Part shown: positions 24,657-36,412 of the stretch, one piece after another
Layout of the letters: every line of letters starts with the position of its first letter
Numbering within the stretch: position 1 is the stretch's first letter
Assembly: GCF_036365525.1 (NCBI RefSeq)
Contig: NC_090392.1
Span: forward strand, 76,323,771-76,387,770
DNA from: Heterodontus francisci
Lineage: Eukaryota
Length of the DNA: 64,000 bases
Direction of reading: 5' to 3'
Made by a program: the position numbers and the translations under genes
The notes under the pieces: model-generated
What the model saw: the letters and a program-made list of their open reading frames with translations, nothing else
The model's database searches: none
Told to the model about the DNA's origin: nothing

Positions 24657-25326
24657 CCTTTCCTCCTCTCCTGAAGGTGCTGACTCTCACTGGGGTACAC
24701 GTCCCCTCCTCTCTTGAAGATGCCGACTCTCACTGGGGTATGGGTCCCCTCCTCTCCTGAAGGTGCCGACTCTCATTGGGATACGGGTCCCTTCCTCTCC
24801 TGAAGGTGCCGACTCTCACTGGGCTACGGGTCCCTTCCTCTCCTGAAGGTGCCGACTCTCACTGGGGTACGGGTCCCCTCCTCTCCTGAAGGTGCCGACT
24901 CTCATTGGGATACGGCTCCCCTCCTCTCCTGAAGGTGCCGATTCTCACTGGGGTACGGGTCCCCACCTCTCTTGAAGGTGCTGACTCTCACTGGGGTACA
25001 CGTCCCCTCCTCTCCTGAAGGTGCCAACTCTCACTGGAGTACGGGTCCCTTCCTCTCCTGAAGGTGCCGACTCTCACTGGGGTATGGGTCCCCTCCTCTC
25101 CTGAAGATGCCGATTCTCACTGGGGTATGGGTCCCCTCCTCTCCTGAAGGTGCCGAATCTCATTGGGATACGGGTCCCTTCCTCTCCTGAAGGTGCCGAC
25201 TCTCACTGGGGTACGGGACTCCCTCCTCTCCTGGAGGTGCCGACTCTCACTGGGGTACAGGTCCCCTCCTCTCCTGAAGGTGCCGACTCTCACTGGGGTA
25301 CGGGTCCCCTCCTTCCCTGAAGGTGT
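24657..25326. repeat. 43-bp minisatellite, ~15.5 copies
   Basis: Unit CCTCCTCTCCTGAAGGTGCCGACTCTCACTGGGGTACGGGTCC. Confidence 0.95.
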
Positions 25327-25544
25327 CCAGTAGGGGTCACAGTGACCAGAGGGAGGAACCTGGCCTGAATTTGTCCATGGAAACTGTAGGCCTCATTACC
25401 AGCACCTCTTCTGGGACCAGTCGGAAACCAGGATTGAAACTGACAGTGGAGAGACGCCCACACAGTCTGACACTGGGATAAGTATTAACCCCAACAACCA
25501 GTTGAGAATTCAGTCTGCAACCTTTAATTTCACTGCCTGTCTTC

Positions 25545-26022
25545 CATGTTTCATCCTCTGTAAACTTGAGCTCATCTGAATCCTGGCTGCTCGTATCCTT
25601 AGTTGCACGAAGTCCTATTCAACCGGATCCCGGTCCGGCAATGCCACGATTTTAACATTCTTATCCTTGTTTTGAAATCCCTCCATGGCCTCACCCCTCC
25701 ATATCTCTTCAACCTTCTCCAGCCCTACAACTCTCTGAGATATCTGCGCTCTTCCAATTTTGGCCTCTTACTCAACCCTAATTTTAATCACTCCACCATT
25801 GGTGGCCGTACCTTCAGCTGCCTGGGCCCTAAGCTCTGAAATTCCCTCCTTAATTCTTTTAAGACACTCTTTAAAATGTACCTCTTTGACCAAGGTTTTA
25901 TTTACCTGTCATAATGTCTCCTTAAGTGGCTCAGATTCAAATTTTGTTTGATAATGCTCCTGTGAAGCACCTTGGGATGTTTTACTATGTAAAAGGTGCT
26001 ATATAAATGCAAGTTGTTGTTG
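25545..26022 (+). mobile_element. L2-type 3' fragment
   Basis: FNILILVLKSLHGLTPPYL...LRSS...GGRTFSCLGPKL; tail tataaatgcaagttgttgttg. Confidence 0.75.
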
Positions 26023-26058
26023 TCACTGATTAATTTCCTCTGTTTCACTCCATAGGTG

Positions 26059-26110
26059 ATGAGCAGTGTGATGGGTCACCTCTTGGTCCTGTCGTCTCTC
26101 ATATTCTACA
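26059..26110 (+). CDS. JAML: JAML-like Ig V-set protein, signal peptide exon
   Basis: Acceptor ttcactccatag|26056; MSSVMGHLLVLSSLIFY hydrophobic leader; phase-1 donor GTAAGT fits the next exon. Confidence 0.75.
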
Positions 26111-26183
26111 GTAAGTGCTTCATTTATGGTGGAACAATGAACTATTATGTAGAAGGGTTTTGCATCTCAACTGTGATTGGGGG

Positions 26184-26708
26184 TAGGGTTGCCAAATCTG
26201 GTTGAACGTATTCCTGGAGATTTCATCACATGACCTGCCCACCTTCAATCACCCGACCCACACACTCACGCTATTGGTCCATTCCCAGTGCATCCCATTG
26301 CCCCAACCAATTGGAAAGCAAACAAACTCTTCAATATCCAATTGGATGATTCTTCACCATCCCGTCAAGCAGCGATTCTTTCCCCCACCATCTACAATAT
26401 TTTTATTATTCATAAGTGAAAGTGATAAAAGAAATTAAAAATAAATCCTTTAATGTCACCTATTTTTATCCTGGGTATTGCTCACAGCCAATGTTCCCTC
26501 TAAGTTCAACGGCCATGCAGCAACCCAAATATCCCTGTGCAGGACAGGCATACATCGGCACCTTTAAATTACTATGCATGCACAGCTGTGCAAAATAATT
26601 TAAAGGGGCCGCACACTTGAAAAAAAATTATAGGAACGTTGCTCACTGCAGTGTCCTGGAAATTAATCTTTAATTCCTGGGTACTCTCCAGGAAGATTGA
26701 CAACCCTA
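26184..26708. mobile_element. hAT-like MITE (TIR TAGGGTTGCCAA) containing a nested MITE 26489-26641
   Basis: Outer TIRs TAGGGTTGCCAA/TTGACAACCCTA; inner TIRs CAATGTTCC/GGAACGTTG with 8-bp TSD CTCACAGC/CTCACTGC. Confidence 0.7.
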
Positions 26709-26950
26709 CTCAGAGAGATAGTGAGAGAGAGAGCAAGCGCGTGCCGTAGGTTAGAACTGTTAACGAGAATCACTAACTTTTAAGTCACTTCCCTGTAAAC
26801 AGTTCAGTGAAAGTGTTAACTTCAAACCAACAGAGAAAAGTTTATTAAGAACATAAGGAACAGGAGTAGGAATAGACCACACAGCCCCTCGAGCCTGCTC
26901 TACTATTGAGTAAGATCCTGGCTGATCATCTGCCTCAACTCCACGTTCCC

Positions 26951-27799
26951 GCTGTTTGTGGGAGCTTGCTGTGTTTCCTACATTACAACAGTGACTACAC
27001 TTCCAAAGTATTTCATTGGTTGCAAAGCACTTTGGGATATCATGAAAGGTGCTATATAAATGCAAGTTCTTTCTTTTAGTTCTGCCTAGTCTGTGGTCAG
27101 CACTGAACCATATCCCCATATCCTTTGATTCCCTTAGTGCCTAAAAATACATCGGCAACAAAGGGGAGGCAGGCATGGTGGGGGAAGGGAGTAGGGGGCA
27201 AAAAGGAGAGGAGGGGGAGGGGATCGAGGAGGGGCATGATCAGAAGTTGGGGGAGGCAGTCAGGAGGGGGAGGGGATCGAGGTGAGGTGAGGTGAGGAGA
27301 GACCGAGATGGTTGGCAGAAGGGGAAGGGATCGGGAGTGGGGGAGGGAGTCGGGAGATGGCAGAGGTGGTAGGGAGAGGGAACCAGTTGGGGCAAGGTAA
27401 TCAGAGGAGGGGGCAATCGGGAGATGGAAAACAGGATCCTAATAAGTTGAGCACCGGAACCAACACGTGGGCAGATTGGGCTAAATTGGTGATGGGTTTT
27501 ATGTCTAGAAGCAGTGGGAGAAATGGGTTTCCTTGTGTGCTGTTAGACTTGGAAGAGAGAGAAGAATGAGAAGGATGGAAACACTCTGCCTGGTGTGACA
27601 TCGAGCCCCCAGACAAAGAAAAGTTCCAGTTTCTATTTATGGTTCAGTGCTGACCACAGACTAGGCAGAACTAAAAGAAAGAACTTGCATTTATATAGCA
27701 CCTTTCATGACATCCCAAAGTGCTTTGCAACCAATGAAATACTTTGGAAGTGTAGTCACTGTTGTAATGTAGGAAACACAGCAAGCTCCCACAAACAGC
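26951..27799. repeat. 162-bp inverted duplication (arms 26951-27112 and 27638-27799)
   Basis: Arms are reverse complements with one mismatch seen; the same peptide appears in opposite-strand ORFs. Confidence 0.92.
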
Positions 27800-28090
27800 A
27801 ATGTCATAATGGCCAAATAACCTGTTATTTAGTGATGTTGATGGAGGGATAAACATTGGCCAGGACACGAAGGAGACCTCCTCTCCTCTTCTTCACAATA
27901 GTGCCATGGGATCCTTTACTTCCACCCAAGAGGGCAGACGGGACCTCAGTTTAATGTCTCATCCGAAAGATGGCACGTCCAACAGTGCAGCACTCCCTCA
28001 GTATTGCACTGGCACGTCATCCTTGATTTTTGTGGTTAAGTCCAGGAGTGGGATTTGAACCCACAACCTTCTGACACCAAGGTGAGCACT
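27680..28090 (-). mobile_element. DeuSINE copy
   Basis: Deu core and tRNA-like head in reverse. Confidence 0.75.
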
Positions 28091-28544
28091 ACCCTGTTCC
28101 CATATTCCTTTAGCCCCCTATTCTGCAATCACCAATCTAACCAGTTTTAAATGTTGATACAAGTCTCTGCTTCAATCATTATTTCTGGTAGTGAATTCCA
28201 CAGCTTCACAACTCTTGTGAATAAAAAATGTTTCTCTTGCTCTCTCCTAAATCTCTTTCATTTAATCTCACATCTGTATCCTCTCATTCTAGATCCTTCA
28301 ACTACTGGAAACAGTCTGGCCACAATTATAACCCACCCGTCGTGAAGCTGATGGGATTGGGAGCAATTCTTGTTTTACACTCTGCCTGATTTTACTCTTC
28401 AACAGAGAGAAATTTTGTTTTTTCTACCCAACCCAGTGGGATTGGCACCTGGTGAATAAAGTTTAAAAAGCCCTCTTCAGTTTTTATCTACTCTATCCCT
28501 TCCATTCTTAACTTTAAACACCTCTAGCAAATCACCCTGTCCAC

Positions 28545-29000
28545 AAGAACATAAAAACATAAGAAATAGGAGCAGGAGAAGGCCATACAAGCCCTCAAGC
28601 CTGCTCTGCCAGTCAAAAAGATCAGGGCTGATCTTCTACCTCAGCTCCACTTTCCTGCCATATCACCTGATTCACTTACGAACCAGAAATCTATTGATCT
28701 CAGTCTTGAATATACTCAACGACTGAACATCCACAGCTCTCTGGGGTAGAGAATTCCAAAGATTCACAACCCTCTGAGTGAAGAACTTTCTTCTCATCTC
28801 AGTCCTGAATGGTTGACCCCTTGTCCTGCGGCTATGAACCTTAGTTCTGGACACTCCAACCGGGGTAACAGCCTCTCAGCGCCTACCCTATCAAACCCTC
28901 TAAGAATTTTATACATTTCAATGAGATCATCTCTCATTCTTCTAATCTCAGAGAATATAGGCCCTTTCTACTCAATCTCTCCTCATAGGACAGCTTTCTC
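28545..29000 (-). mobile_element. CR1 3' fragment
   Basis: Minus ORF TEMRRKFFTQRVVNLWNSLPQ. Confidence 0.8.
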
Positions 29001-30079
29001 ATCTAGGTTCTAATGAAGCAAATATACCATTGCTTGGATGGCAGCTGTTTAAGGCAACAATTGGGTTTCAGGATTCATATCCCTTGTACAAACAACCCAA
29101 GTTCCATTCAGGTGGTTGGTGATCCGACTCAAGCTGTCACTTTACTGAGACTTGCAGTGAAGGGGTGTCCTTTAGACCAGACACAATTCCATTGCTGCAC
29201 AGGTAAGCAGCAATTGTAATTTACTGTAAAAGGGAAGTCACATCATTACCACCAGCAACCCCACCACCTCCCCCTCCACTCCTCCAACCATACCATGAAC
29301 TACCCACAGTTTCCCTCTTTTCAGACACCTGACTTCTACATACAATTTTCGTGCTGCGGAGCAACTTAACCCTTAATAAGGCTCCATAATTCAGGCCTAT
29401 GCTCCGATGCATTACTGAGGGAGGGCTACCTGGACAGAGGTTCCATTTTCCACATGAGTTATTAAACCAAGAACCCCTGTGGCCTTGTGTAGTGTTTTCC
29501 AACTCGGATGCTTTGTAGGAGGCCTCGTTTGCAAACTGGTCTTAGTTTGTGCAGGAAGATCTGCAGAGATTTTCTTAATAATCTGGTTTCATTGTTCCAA
29601 TATTGGTGGCATGGACAACAGCAAGAGGCTTTCATTTAAGAAAAATAAAAATAAAAGCCAACACGATCTGTTAAAGGTGAATCGTGTTTGACGAACTTGA
29701 TTGAGGTCTTTGATGACGTAACCGAGAGGATTAATGAGGGGAGCGAGGTTGATGTGTTTATGGACAGAAAAAAGTTGTTTGATAAAGTGCCACATAATAG
29801 ACTTGTTAGAAAAATTAAAGGCCATGGGATTAAAGGGGCAGTAGCTGCGTGGATACATAATTGACTAAGGGACAGAAAGGAGAGAGTAGCAGTTAGCGGT
29901 TGTTTTCAGACTGAGCAGTGTGCAGTGGTGTTCCGCAGTGCTCTTTTTGATATATATCTGCATATGTGTGGTTATTGGGCCCAGCAGTGATTCTCTTATC
30001 ATTGCACAAAAGATTCTGGCCTGTAACTAATACTAACGAATATAGTGGCCAGTAATAGAGTTGGGTCTGTACTGCGAAA

Positions 30080-30360
30080 CAGTAAGCATCAGATACCTGA
30101 AATTGAATCGAGGGGTTTGTGTGGTTTATACATAAATAATAGATACCCAGGAACAAGTTACAGGCTGAAATTTAATGGGGGAGTTTGGGTGGTTTCTATA
30201 TAGAAATACAAATAGCCAAGAGTGAGTTACAGGCTGGAATCTAATCAAGGGGTTTGTGATGGGGGGTTATATATCGAATAACAGATACCTGGGAGAGAGT
30301 TACAGGCTGGAATCTAATCGAGGGGTTCAGGTGGTTTATATACCGACTGATGGATACCCA
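30080..30360. repeat. Degenerate ~65-70 bp tandem repeat, ~4 units
   Basis: Recurring CAGATACC..GAGTTACAGGCTGGAATCTAATCGAGGGGTT. Confidence 0.7.
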
Positions 30361-30460
30361 GTGTAACTTCAACAGCAGTGGCAATACACCCACTGCCTCC
30401 CAATACAAATACTGAGGCTTCTACCAATCTAGGTATTGGCTGTTTGTTCCTGCTCTACAG

Positions 30461-30630
30461 ATATCCTCTCAACCTTAGCTATTAGTATCTCTACCCCGGC
30501 ATACCTGGTTGTAGAAGAGGGAATGGAGCTACGACTGGACTGCAAGCTCAACTATCAAGCAGACACTCAAATACACAACATCAAGCTGGACTGGTACTAC
30601 ATGCCTTCCAGTGACACTAAAGAGGACTTG
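30461..30630 (+). CDS. JAML: JAML-like protein, IgV first-half exon
   Basis: ILSTLAISISTPAYLVVEEGMELRLDCKLNY...IKLDWYYMPSSDTKEDL: B-strand Cys, C-strand Trp; phase 1 to 0 split V domain typical of MPZ/JAML/SCNxB genes. Confidence 0.88.
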
Positions 30631-30937
30631 GTGAGTGATGTGTTCCAGTGCTCTGTGTCCATCCTCAGTGGCTGCACTCCACCATGAGCCTCTGGCGCTC
30701 TGTCTTTAACTCGAATGACCTTACAACATGTTGTCAATTTAGGGCAACTGGGATGTTTTGAACCAGAACTTTTGAGCCGTCCCTGGGAGCGTTTGTGCAA
30801 ATAACTGCAGAAATTGTGCACCAAAGCACCATCCAAATGATGAGAGCAGAAATCAGTGGGTGATCTGCTCTGGTTATGATATACATCAAAAAGCATCAAG
30901 AGTAATCTTAGGTTCACTGTCCAGCACATTGAATCAT

Positions 30938-31502
30938 TTACAACATAGAAGGAGGCCATTCAGCCCATCTAGTCCATGCCAGGTCTCAGCGGAGCTATCC
31001 AGTCAGTTCCACACCCCTGCTCGATCCCCATAGCCCTGTATGTTTATTTCCTTCAAGTGCCCATACAATTTCCATTAGAAGTCATTGATTGTCTCTGTTT
31101 CCACCACCCTTGTGGGCAGCGAGTTCCAGGTCATTACCACCCACTCTGTAAAAAAGTTCTTCCTCACATCCCCCCTGCATCTCTTTCCCAAAACCTTCAA
31201 TCTATGTTGCCTAGTCCTTGTACCATTAGTTAATGGGAACAATTTTTCTTTGTCTAACCTATCTAAGCTTGTCATAATCTTGTACAAATCTCCCCTCAAT
31301 CTCCTTTGCTTCAGGGAGAACAATCCCAGCTTCTCCAACCTAACCTTGTAACTAAAATCCCTCATCCCTGGAACCATTCTGGTAAATCTTCCCTGCACCC
31401 TCTCAAGGACCCTCACATCCTTCCTAAAGTGTGGTGACCAGAACTGGATGCAGTACTCTAATTGAGGCCTAACCAGAACTTTATAAAGGTTCAGCATAAC
31501 TT
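30938..31502 (-). mobile_element. CR1 3' fragment
   Basis: ORF LYKVLVRPQLEYCIQFWSPH...WNSLP. Confidence 0.88.
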
Positions 31503-32284
31503 CTACATAACAAAAGTTCTGAGATACATAACGCACAATGTGTTCCCCAAGTGTGCACCCACTTTTCCAGAATTATTTTGAACAGCAAAGGTAGGATTTG
31601 ATCTCATGCTCTTCTGGGTCATTAGTACAGGCCGCAGGACTACCAGAGAAGTTACAAAACCACAACACTATCATACCATTAAGCAGTCAGATCCATGCAG
31701 TGAGAACCAGCAATAGCAATCTCTCGCAGTTAATGTTACCTCAACCCACTATATGCCGTCGGCCTACTTTAGTTAGTGAACTTGCTTGTCCCTTTACCTT
31801 TGATCCTGTAGAATGAAGCAAGCTTGTGTAGATGAGGTGCCCTCCCTGCAGGCTTGAGGACGGTGTCCCTCCTCTGTGGAGGACCACCACTGGGAACCAA
31901 TTCACCCCCTGGAACTCCCCCTCCCCTCTGGACCACAAGACCATCCCCTGGCCTCCCTCCCCCCCAGACCTGCCGGTCTGGCCCTGGTGTCCCCACCTCA
32001 CCTACTTCTGTTCTGTGGTTCCAGTGCTGGGCCTGGGTCTGAGGCCTCTGCAATACCAGCAGTGGCCACCACTCCCGGCAGTGCTTCTGATACTGCTGGG
32101 CTGCTGGCCCTCTGATTGGCCAGCAGCTCATGGAGGCGGGATCCCCCATCCCTTTAAAGTTTTTAAAAGGATGGGGATCCCGCCACCTTAAAAGTTGACA
32201 CAAAAAGACTGGAGGATCGCTCCGGGGGCGGGGGGTGGCCAAGAAGGTGCAGAAGTGGGGATCCAGCACAAAATCCAGCCCATT

Positions 32285-32468
32285 ACCTGCCCTGGGAGTG
32301 TTTGATGGGGGACAGTGTAGAGGGATCTTTACTCTGTATCTAACCCCTGTGCTGTACCTGGCCTGGGTGTGTTTGATGGGACAGTGCAGAGGGAGCTTTA
32401 CTCTGTATCTAACCCCCGTGCTGTACCTGTCCTGGGAGTGTTTGATGGAACAGTTAGAGGGAGCTTTG
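32285..32468. repeat. ~63-bp dispersed minisatellite, ~3 units (also reversed at ~48995-49090 and 49735-49905)
   Basis: GGGAGTGTTTGATGGGACAGTGTAGAGGGAGCTTTACTCTGTATCTAACCCCGTGCTGTACCTG. Confidence 0.8.
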
Positions 32469-32519
32469 CTCCAACCCATGCTTTCTCTTCAGTTACTTTT
32501 TTTGTTTATTCCAACACAG

Positions 32520-32736
32520 ATTTTCTTTCACTACCAAAATATCAGTGTGGTAGTAGACAACGGCATCTTCTTTCCGAGACTTCAGTGGGTGGGTGACATT
32601 GGACAAAACAATGGTTCCATTCTCATAACTGAAGTGGAATGCAGTGACAAAGGCCGATTCACCTGTGATATGCGGATCCCAAGGTCTTCAAACGTGGTCT
32701 GTAGAAGCAGCATTGAACTAATGGTCCTCTGCAAAG
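32520..32736 (+). CDS. JAML: JAML-like protein, IgV second-half exon
   Basis: IFFHYQNISV...FFPRLQWVGDIGQNNGSILITEVECSDKGRFTCDMRIP: MPZ-family RxxWxGD...GSI...DxGxFxC signature; donor G|GTAATG. Confidence 0.9.
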
Positions 32737-32764
32737 GTAATGAACTAAGTTGCTGTAATTCTCT

Positions 32765-33010
32765 ACACTGGAGTTAATGGGAAGGGGTTTGATCCATTGG
32801 TATGTATATACTGGGAATGATGGGGAAGAAGTTGGTCCACTGGGATTTGTACACTGGAAATGAATGGAAAGAGGTTGGTCCATTGAGATTCGATACTACA
32901 GGAGTGAATGAGAAAGGGTTTGGTCCATTGGGATTGTATACACTGGGAGTGAGTGGAAAGGAGTTTGGTCCATTGGGATTAGATACTGCGGGAGTGAATG
33001 GAGGGGGTTT
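32765..33010. repeat. ~42-bp degenerate tandem repeat, ~5-6 units
   Basis: Recurring ACTGGGAGTGAATGG..GGTTTGGTCCATTGGGATT. Confidence 0.75.
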
Positions 33011-33264
33011 ATGTCATGTGTGCATTCTGTAGCGGTTAGATTGATGTAGTGAGTAAGCTAGGATTAAGTAGGTAATCATCTAAGACCATTCTACTGGCCT
33101 GATACTCACAATAACCCCATTAATTAAATTAATGGATGAAAACTTCTGGGCAGCATTCCCTGTGTTCTGATTCATGTGGGTGGGGCCTTCCATAAAGAGC
33201 GAGCAACCTCAAAATTTGTCTTTATATTAACGAGCATGCCGAGCATCCAAAAAATTAAATAAGA

Positions 33265-33625
33265 AAACTTGCATTTATATAACTCATTTGCATCTTTAAG
33301 ACATCCCAAGGTGCTTGTCAATCAGTGAATTCCTTTCAAATGCAGACACTGTTGTTATGGAGATAAACATGGCAGTCAACTTGCACAAAAAGTACCACAA
33401 CAGCAGTTAAATAAATGAGTCCAGTTGATCTGATTTGGTGGTGTTGGTTGAGGGATAAATCTTGACCAGGATACTTTGGTCCTCTTTGAATAATGTCATT
33501 GGTTCTTTTACATTCACCTGAACAGTTAGGCAGATCCTTGGTTTAGCATCTCATCCAAAAGTTGGCACCTCCGACAGTGCAGCACGCCTCCAGTATTGCA
33601 CTGAAGTGTCAGTCTAAATTCCGTG
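33265..33625 (-). mobile_element. DeuSINE copy (diverged)
   Basis: Same family as 27680-28090. Confidence 0.6.
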
Positions 33626-33803
33626 CTAGATCTGGGAGCAGGGCTTCAATCAATAGCCATTGGTGAGATTGTCACTGAGCCACGACTAACTTGTTCCTTT
33701 TATGAAACTGCTGCTTTTTGGGTGTGGGGGTTGATGGTGATGGGGGGTGGGTGAGGCAGAGATTTTCCACCTAAGTATTTCTGAGCATTTCTATTCCCTG
33801 CAG

Positions 33804-33972
33804 GTATCAAACACACAAGAGCTTTCAGGCCACCTGAGTCAGGGGAACTGATTCCAAAGAATATTATCATATATACAACAGTGGGGATCTTTACCTTCTT
33901 TGTTGCATTGTCTATTATCCTTGTAATCATATGGAAGAAACATTCAATGCACACAGCACCAAGGAGTCAAAG
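33804..33972 (+). CDS. JAML: JAML-like protein, stalk + transmembrane exon
   Basis: ttccctgcag acceptor; IIIYTTVGIFTFFVALSIILVIIW followed by KK stop-transfer; phase 1 to 2. Confidence 0.85.
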
Positions 33973-34081
33973 GTACACACATTGAGAAGAGAGAATTTAA
34001 AGGAGTTGTATTATCATCTTTCTTTTTACAAAATGAATAATTTTGAACTTTTCTCCCTCATTCTCTGTGGTCAATAAGCAG

Positions 34082-34115
34082 AAGGAACGATCCAGGCATT
34101 CTTGAAGACTCTGAG
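34082..34115 (+). CDS. JAML: JAML-like protein, small cytoplasmic exon
   Basis: Phase 2 to 0 exon bridging the TM and tyrosine-motif exons; RNDPGILEDSE; GAG|GTAATG donor; tandem AAG/CAG/AAG acceptors. Confidence 0.65.
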
Positions 34116-35039
34116 GTAATGGGTGTTTTAATATATAGTTTTTAGTCTTGATTTTTATAATCCAGAATATTAAATATTCAATCATTTTCTCAGTCACTAA
34201 AACTTTAAGACAAATTGTCAACTCCAGGTCAACAAGTGTTAAGTGTTCTTCCAGAGATTCTCCGTAGTTAGAGGGACATCCACTGAAGACGTACTTTCCC
34301 ATCATAGACAGGGGTGATTTGATTGAGGTTTATGGGATAATGAGAGGAATAAATTGTGTTCCAGTTGACAGTTGCTCCAATTAAACAGATTAGGGTGAAT
34401 CGGGAGGGGGTCACAATTTTTAGTTGTACGAAGCTAGACCGAGATTAGATGTGAGGAGAATAGTGGATCTCTGGTACAGGCTGTTGGCTCATCTGGTAGG
34501 TGCCAATTCACCGATTTCCTTCAAGTGAGAGCCAGACCTGTTCGTGGCTGGGGCAGACATCATCTCTTACAAAAAGTAGGTATTGCAGGAAATTCAGGAC
34601 CAAAGTGATCTTTTAGATCACCTAGATGGGTCGGAAAGGAATTTCCTAATTTGCCCCCCTCCCCCTCTTCCCCCCCACCCCCGCCAATTGGCTTGGGTTT
34701 TAATTTAGTTTCTCACTAGAGATCACATGGTTTTGGCTAGGGTGGAGAGTGCATATATTGTGATATGCAAGGTGTAGGACAGGTTGGATGGGCCAAGGGT
34801 CTTTACCTGCCCATCAGTATTTCTTTGTTTGTGAGATTTGTCCAACCTCTACCCCCATGGCTAACCCAGTGAATAAACAAAGTTTAAACTCCACAGGCTA
34901 GAAAGAAAGCTGGTTGGATTGGACTAAATGAGAGATATAAAATATTAAATGATATAGATAAGGTGAACCCAGAATATTACTTTGAGTAAAATCAGGCTTA
35001 GAAGGGCTAGACATTTTACAATTAGATTATGAATAAAGC

Positions 35040-35435
35040 TAGCATTTATGCAGAACGTTTCAGTACCATTGGCCATTTCAAAGCACTTTTGGAGTGTAGT
35101 CACTGTTGTAATGTAGGAAGCATGGCAGCCAATTTACACACAGCAAGCTCCCACACATAGCAATGTGATAAAGACCAGCTAATTTGTTTTAGTGATGTTG
35201 GTTGAGGGATAGATAACTTCCCTGGTTTTCTTCCCAATAGTGCCAGAGAATCTTTATTTACATCTGAGAGGGCAGACAGGATCTTGGTTTAGTGTCACAC
35301 CTGCAAGACAGCTCCTTCAACAGTGCAGCACCCCCTCAGTGTCAGCCTTGTTTTTGTGCTCAAGTCCTGGGGTGGGACTTGAACCCAGAACGTAGTGAGA
35401 AATAAGAGTGCTACCAACTGAGCCACAGCTGACAT
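35040..35435 (-). mobile_element. DeuSINE copy
   Basis: Same family. Confidence 0.7.
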
Positions 35436-36286
35436 CGCTACTAAATATGCAATATAAAACTGGAGTTATTTAAAGTATGTTTAAATGTTTGGTTTGATCT
35501 GCCAAGCAGGGCTGTAGAGATTCTGGTACTGCAGAATGGGCATCAATGGGATACTAGAGGGTCAAGTTTCCAAGGGAATGTCGGGGTACTGGAGCAATGG
35601 GCTTAGAGAGGAGATTTAGGCAACTGGAGAGATGGGTTTTAGTAGCTCAATGGCATTTTCTTGTCTTGCCTGCTTTAGATGTGATCTGGTGGTGTGGATT
35701 ATTCACTGCATAAGATCATTAAATTTGCTCCCCACTTCTATTCCAGAAACTGTTGAGAATTATCTGTTAATCATATTTTGTTTGCCTTCCTCAACTGTTG
35801 GGTGGCATTGGAGACAATTGTTATTCAGAGATATTTGTTTTACTGCTTCAGTTTCCTCCTTTCCTCTCCTGAAGGTCCTGATCCACAGGTGCCATCAGGC
35901 TTTGGTATCACACTGAAGCAATCATTCTTTATGTATAAGTCTAAACAGTGAATGTTGGCAAGTTATTCAGCCATGGAATAACTGCTGAGCCTGATCCTGC
36001 CTTTACCTAGCAGGTATTCTCCAGAAGGAGTCACTAGATCAGGAGCAGGAACCCCCGTTGATGTTCCTCTGACAGTAGCTTAGAAGTCAAATGTGTGGCC
36101 CTAATTCTGCTGCAGCTGAAATCCATAGATCAATGATAGGACCTGGGACCATCCCGGTCCAGACTGTTGCGTTCCATACTAGATTGACCCAATGAGACAT
36201 TGGAGAAAAACAAGCGGGGATTGGGAGAACTTATATTAGAAATGCCTGTTACAGCTGATTAAACAAATATGTTCACCAACAATCAG

Positions 36287-36412
36287 GACACAAACCGTTA
36301 CGTCACTGTGAGCAGGAGACAACCACATCTGATAGACATAGAAAATAAAGAAATGGAGGGGAAGAAAAATAAGGAATCAAAGACTGGTGAAGAAGAAATT
36401 TATGTAACAATG
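36287..36412 (+). CDS. JAML: JAML-like protein, cytoplasmic exon with YVTV and YVTM (YxxM)
   Basis: DTNRYVTVSRR...GEEEIYVTM|GTAAGA; mirrors the human JAML segment with YSPI...YMTM; acceptor is weak. Confidence 0.72.

Noticed and set aside
24657-25326. Regular 43-bp array as a CRISPR
   Set aside because: Head-to-tail units with no unique spacers, no cas genes, vertebrate context
29013-29219. Possible second Ig-domain exon (strong CAG|GTAAGC donor near 29202)
   Set aside because: No V-set Cys/Trp pattern in the open frame, and the other frames have stops
31769-32479. 236-aa minus-strand ORF and overlapping Pro/Gly-rich ORFs
   Set aside because: Derived from a minisatellite and a GC-rich repeat; low complexity
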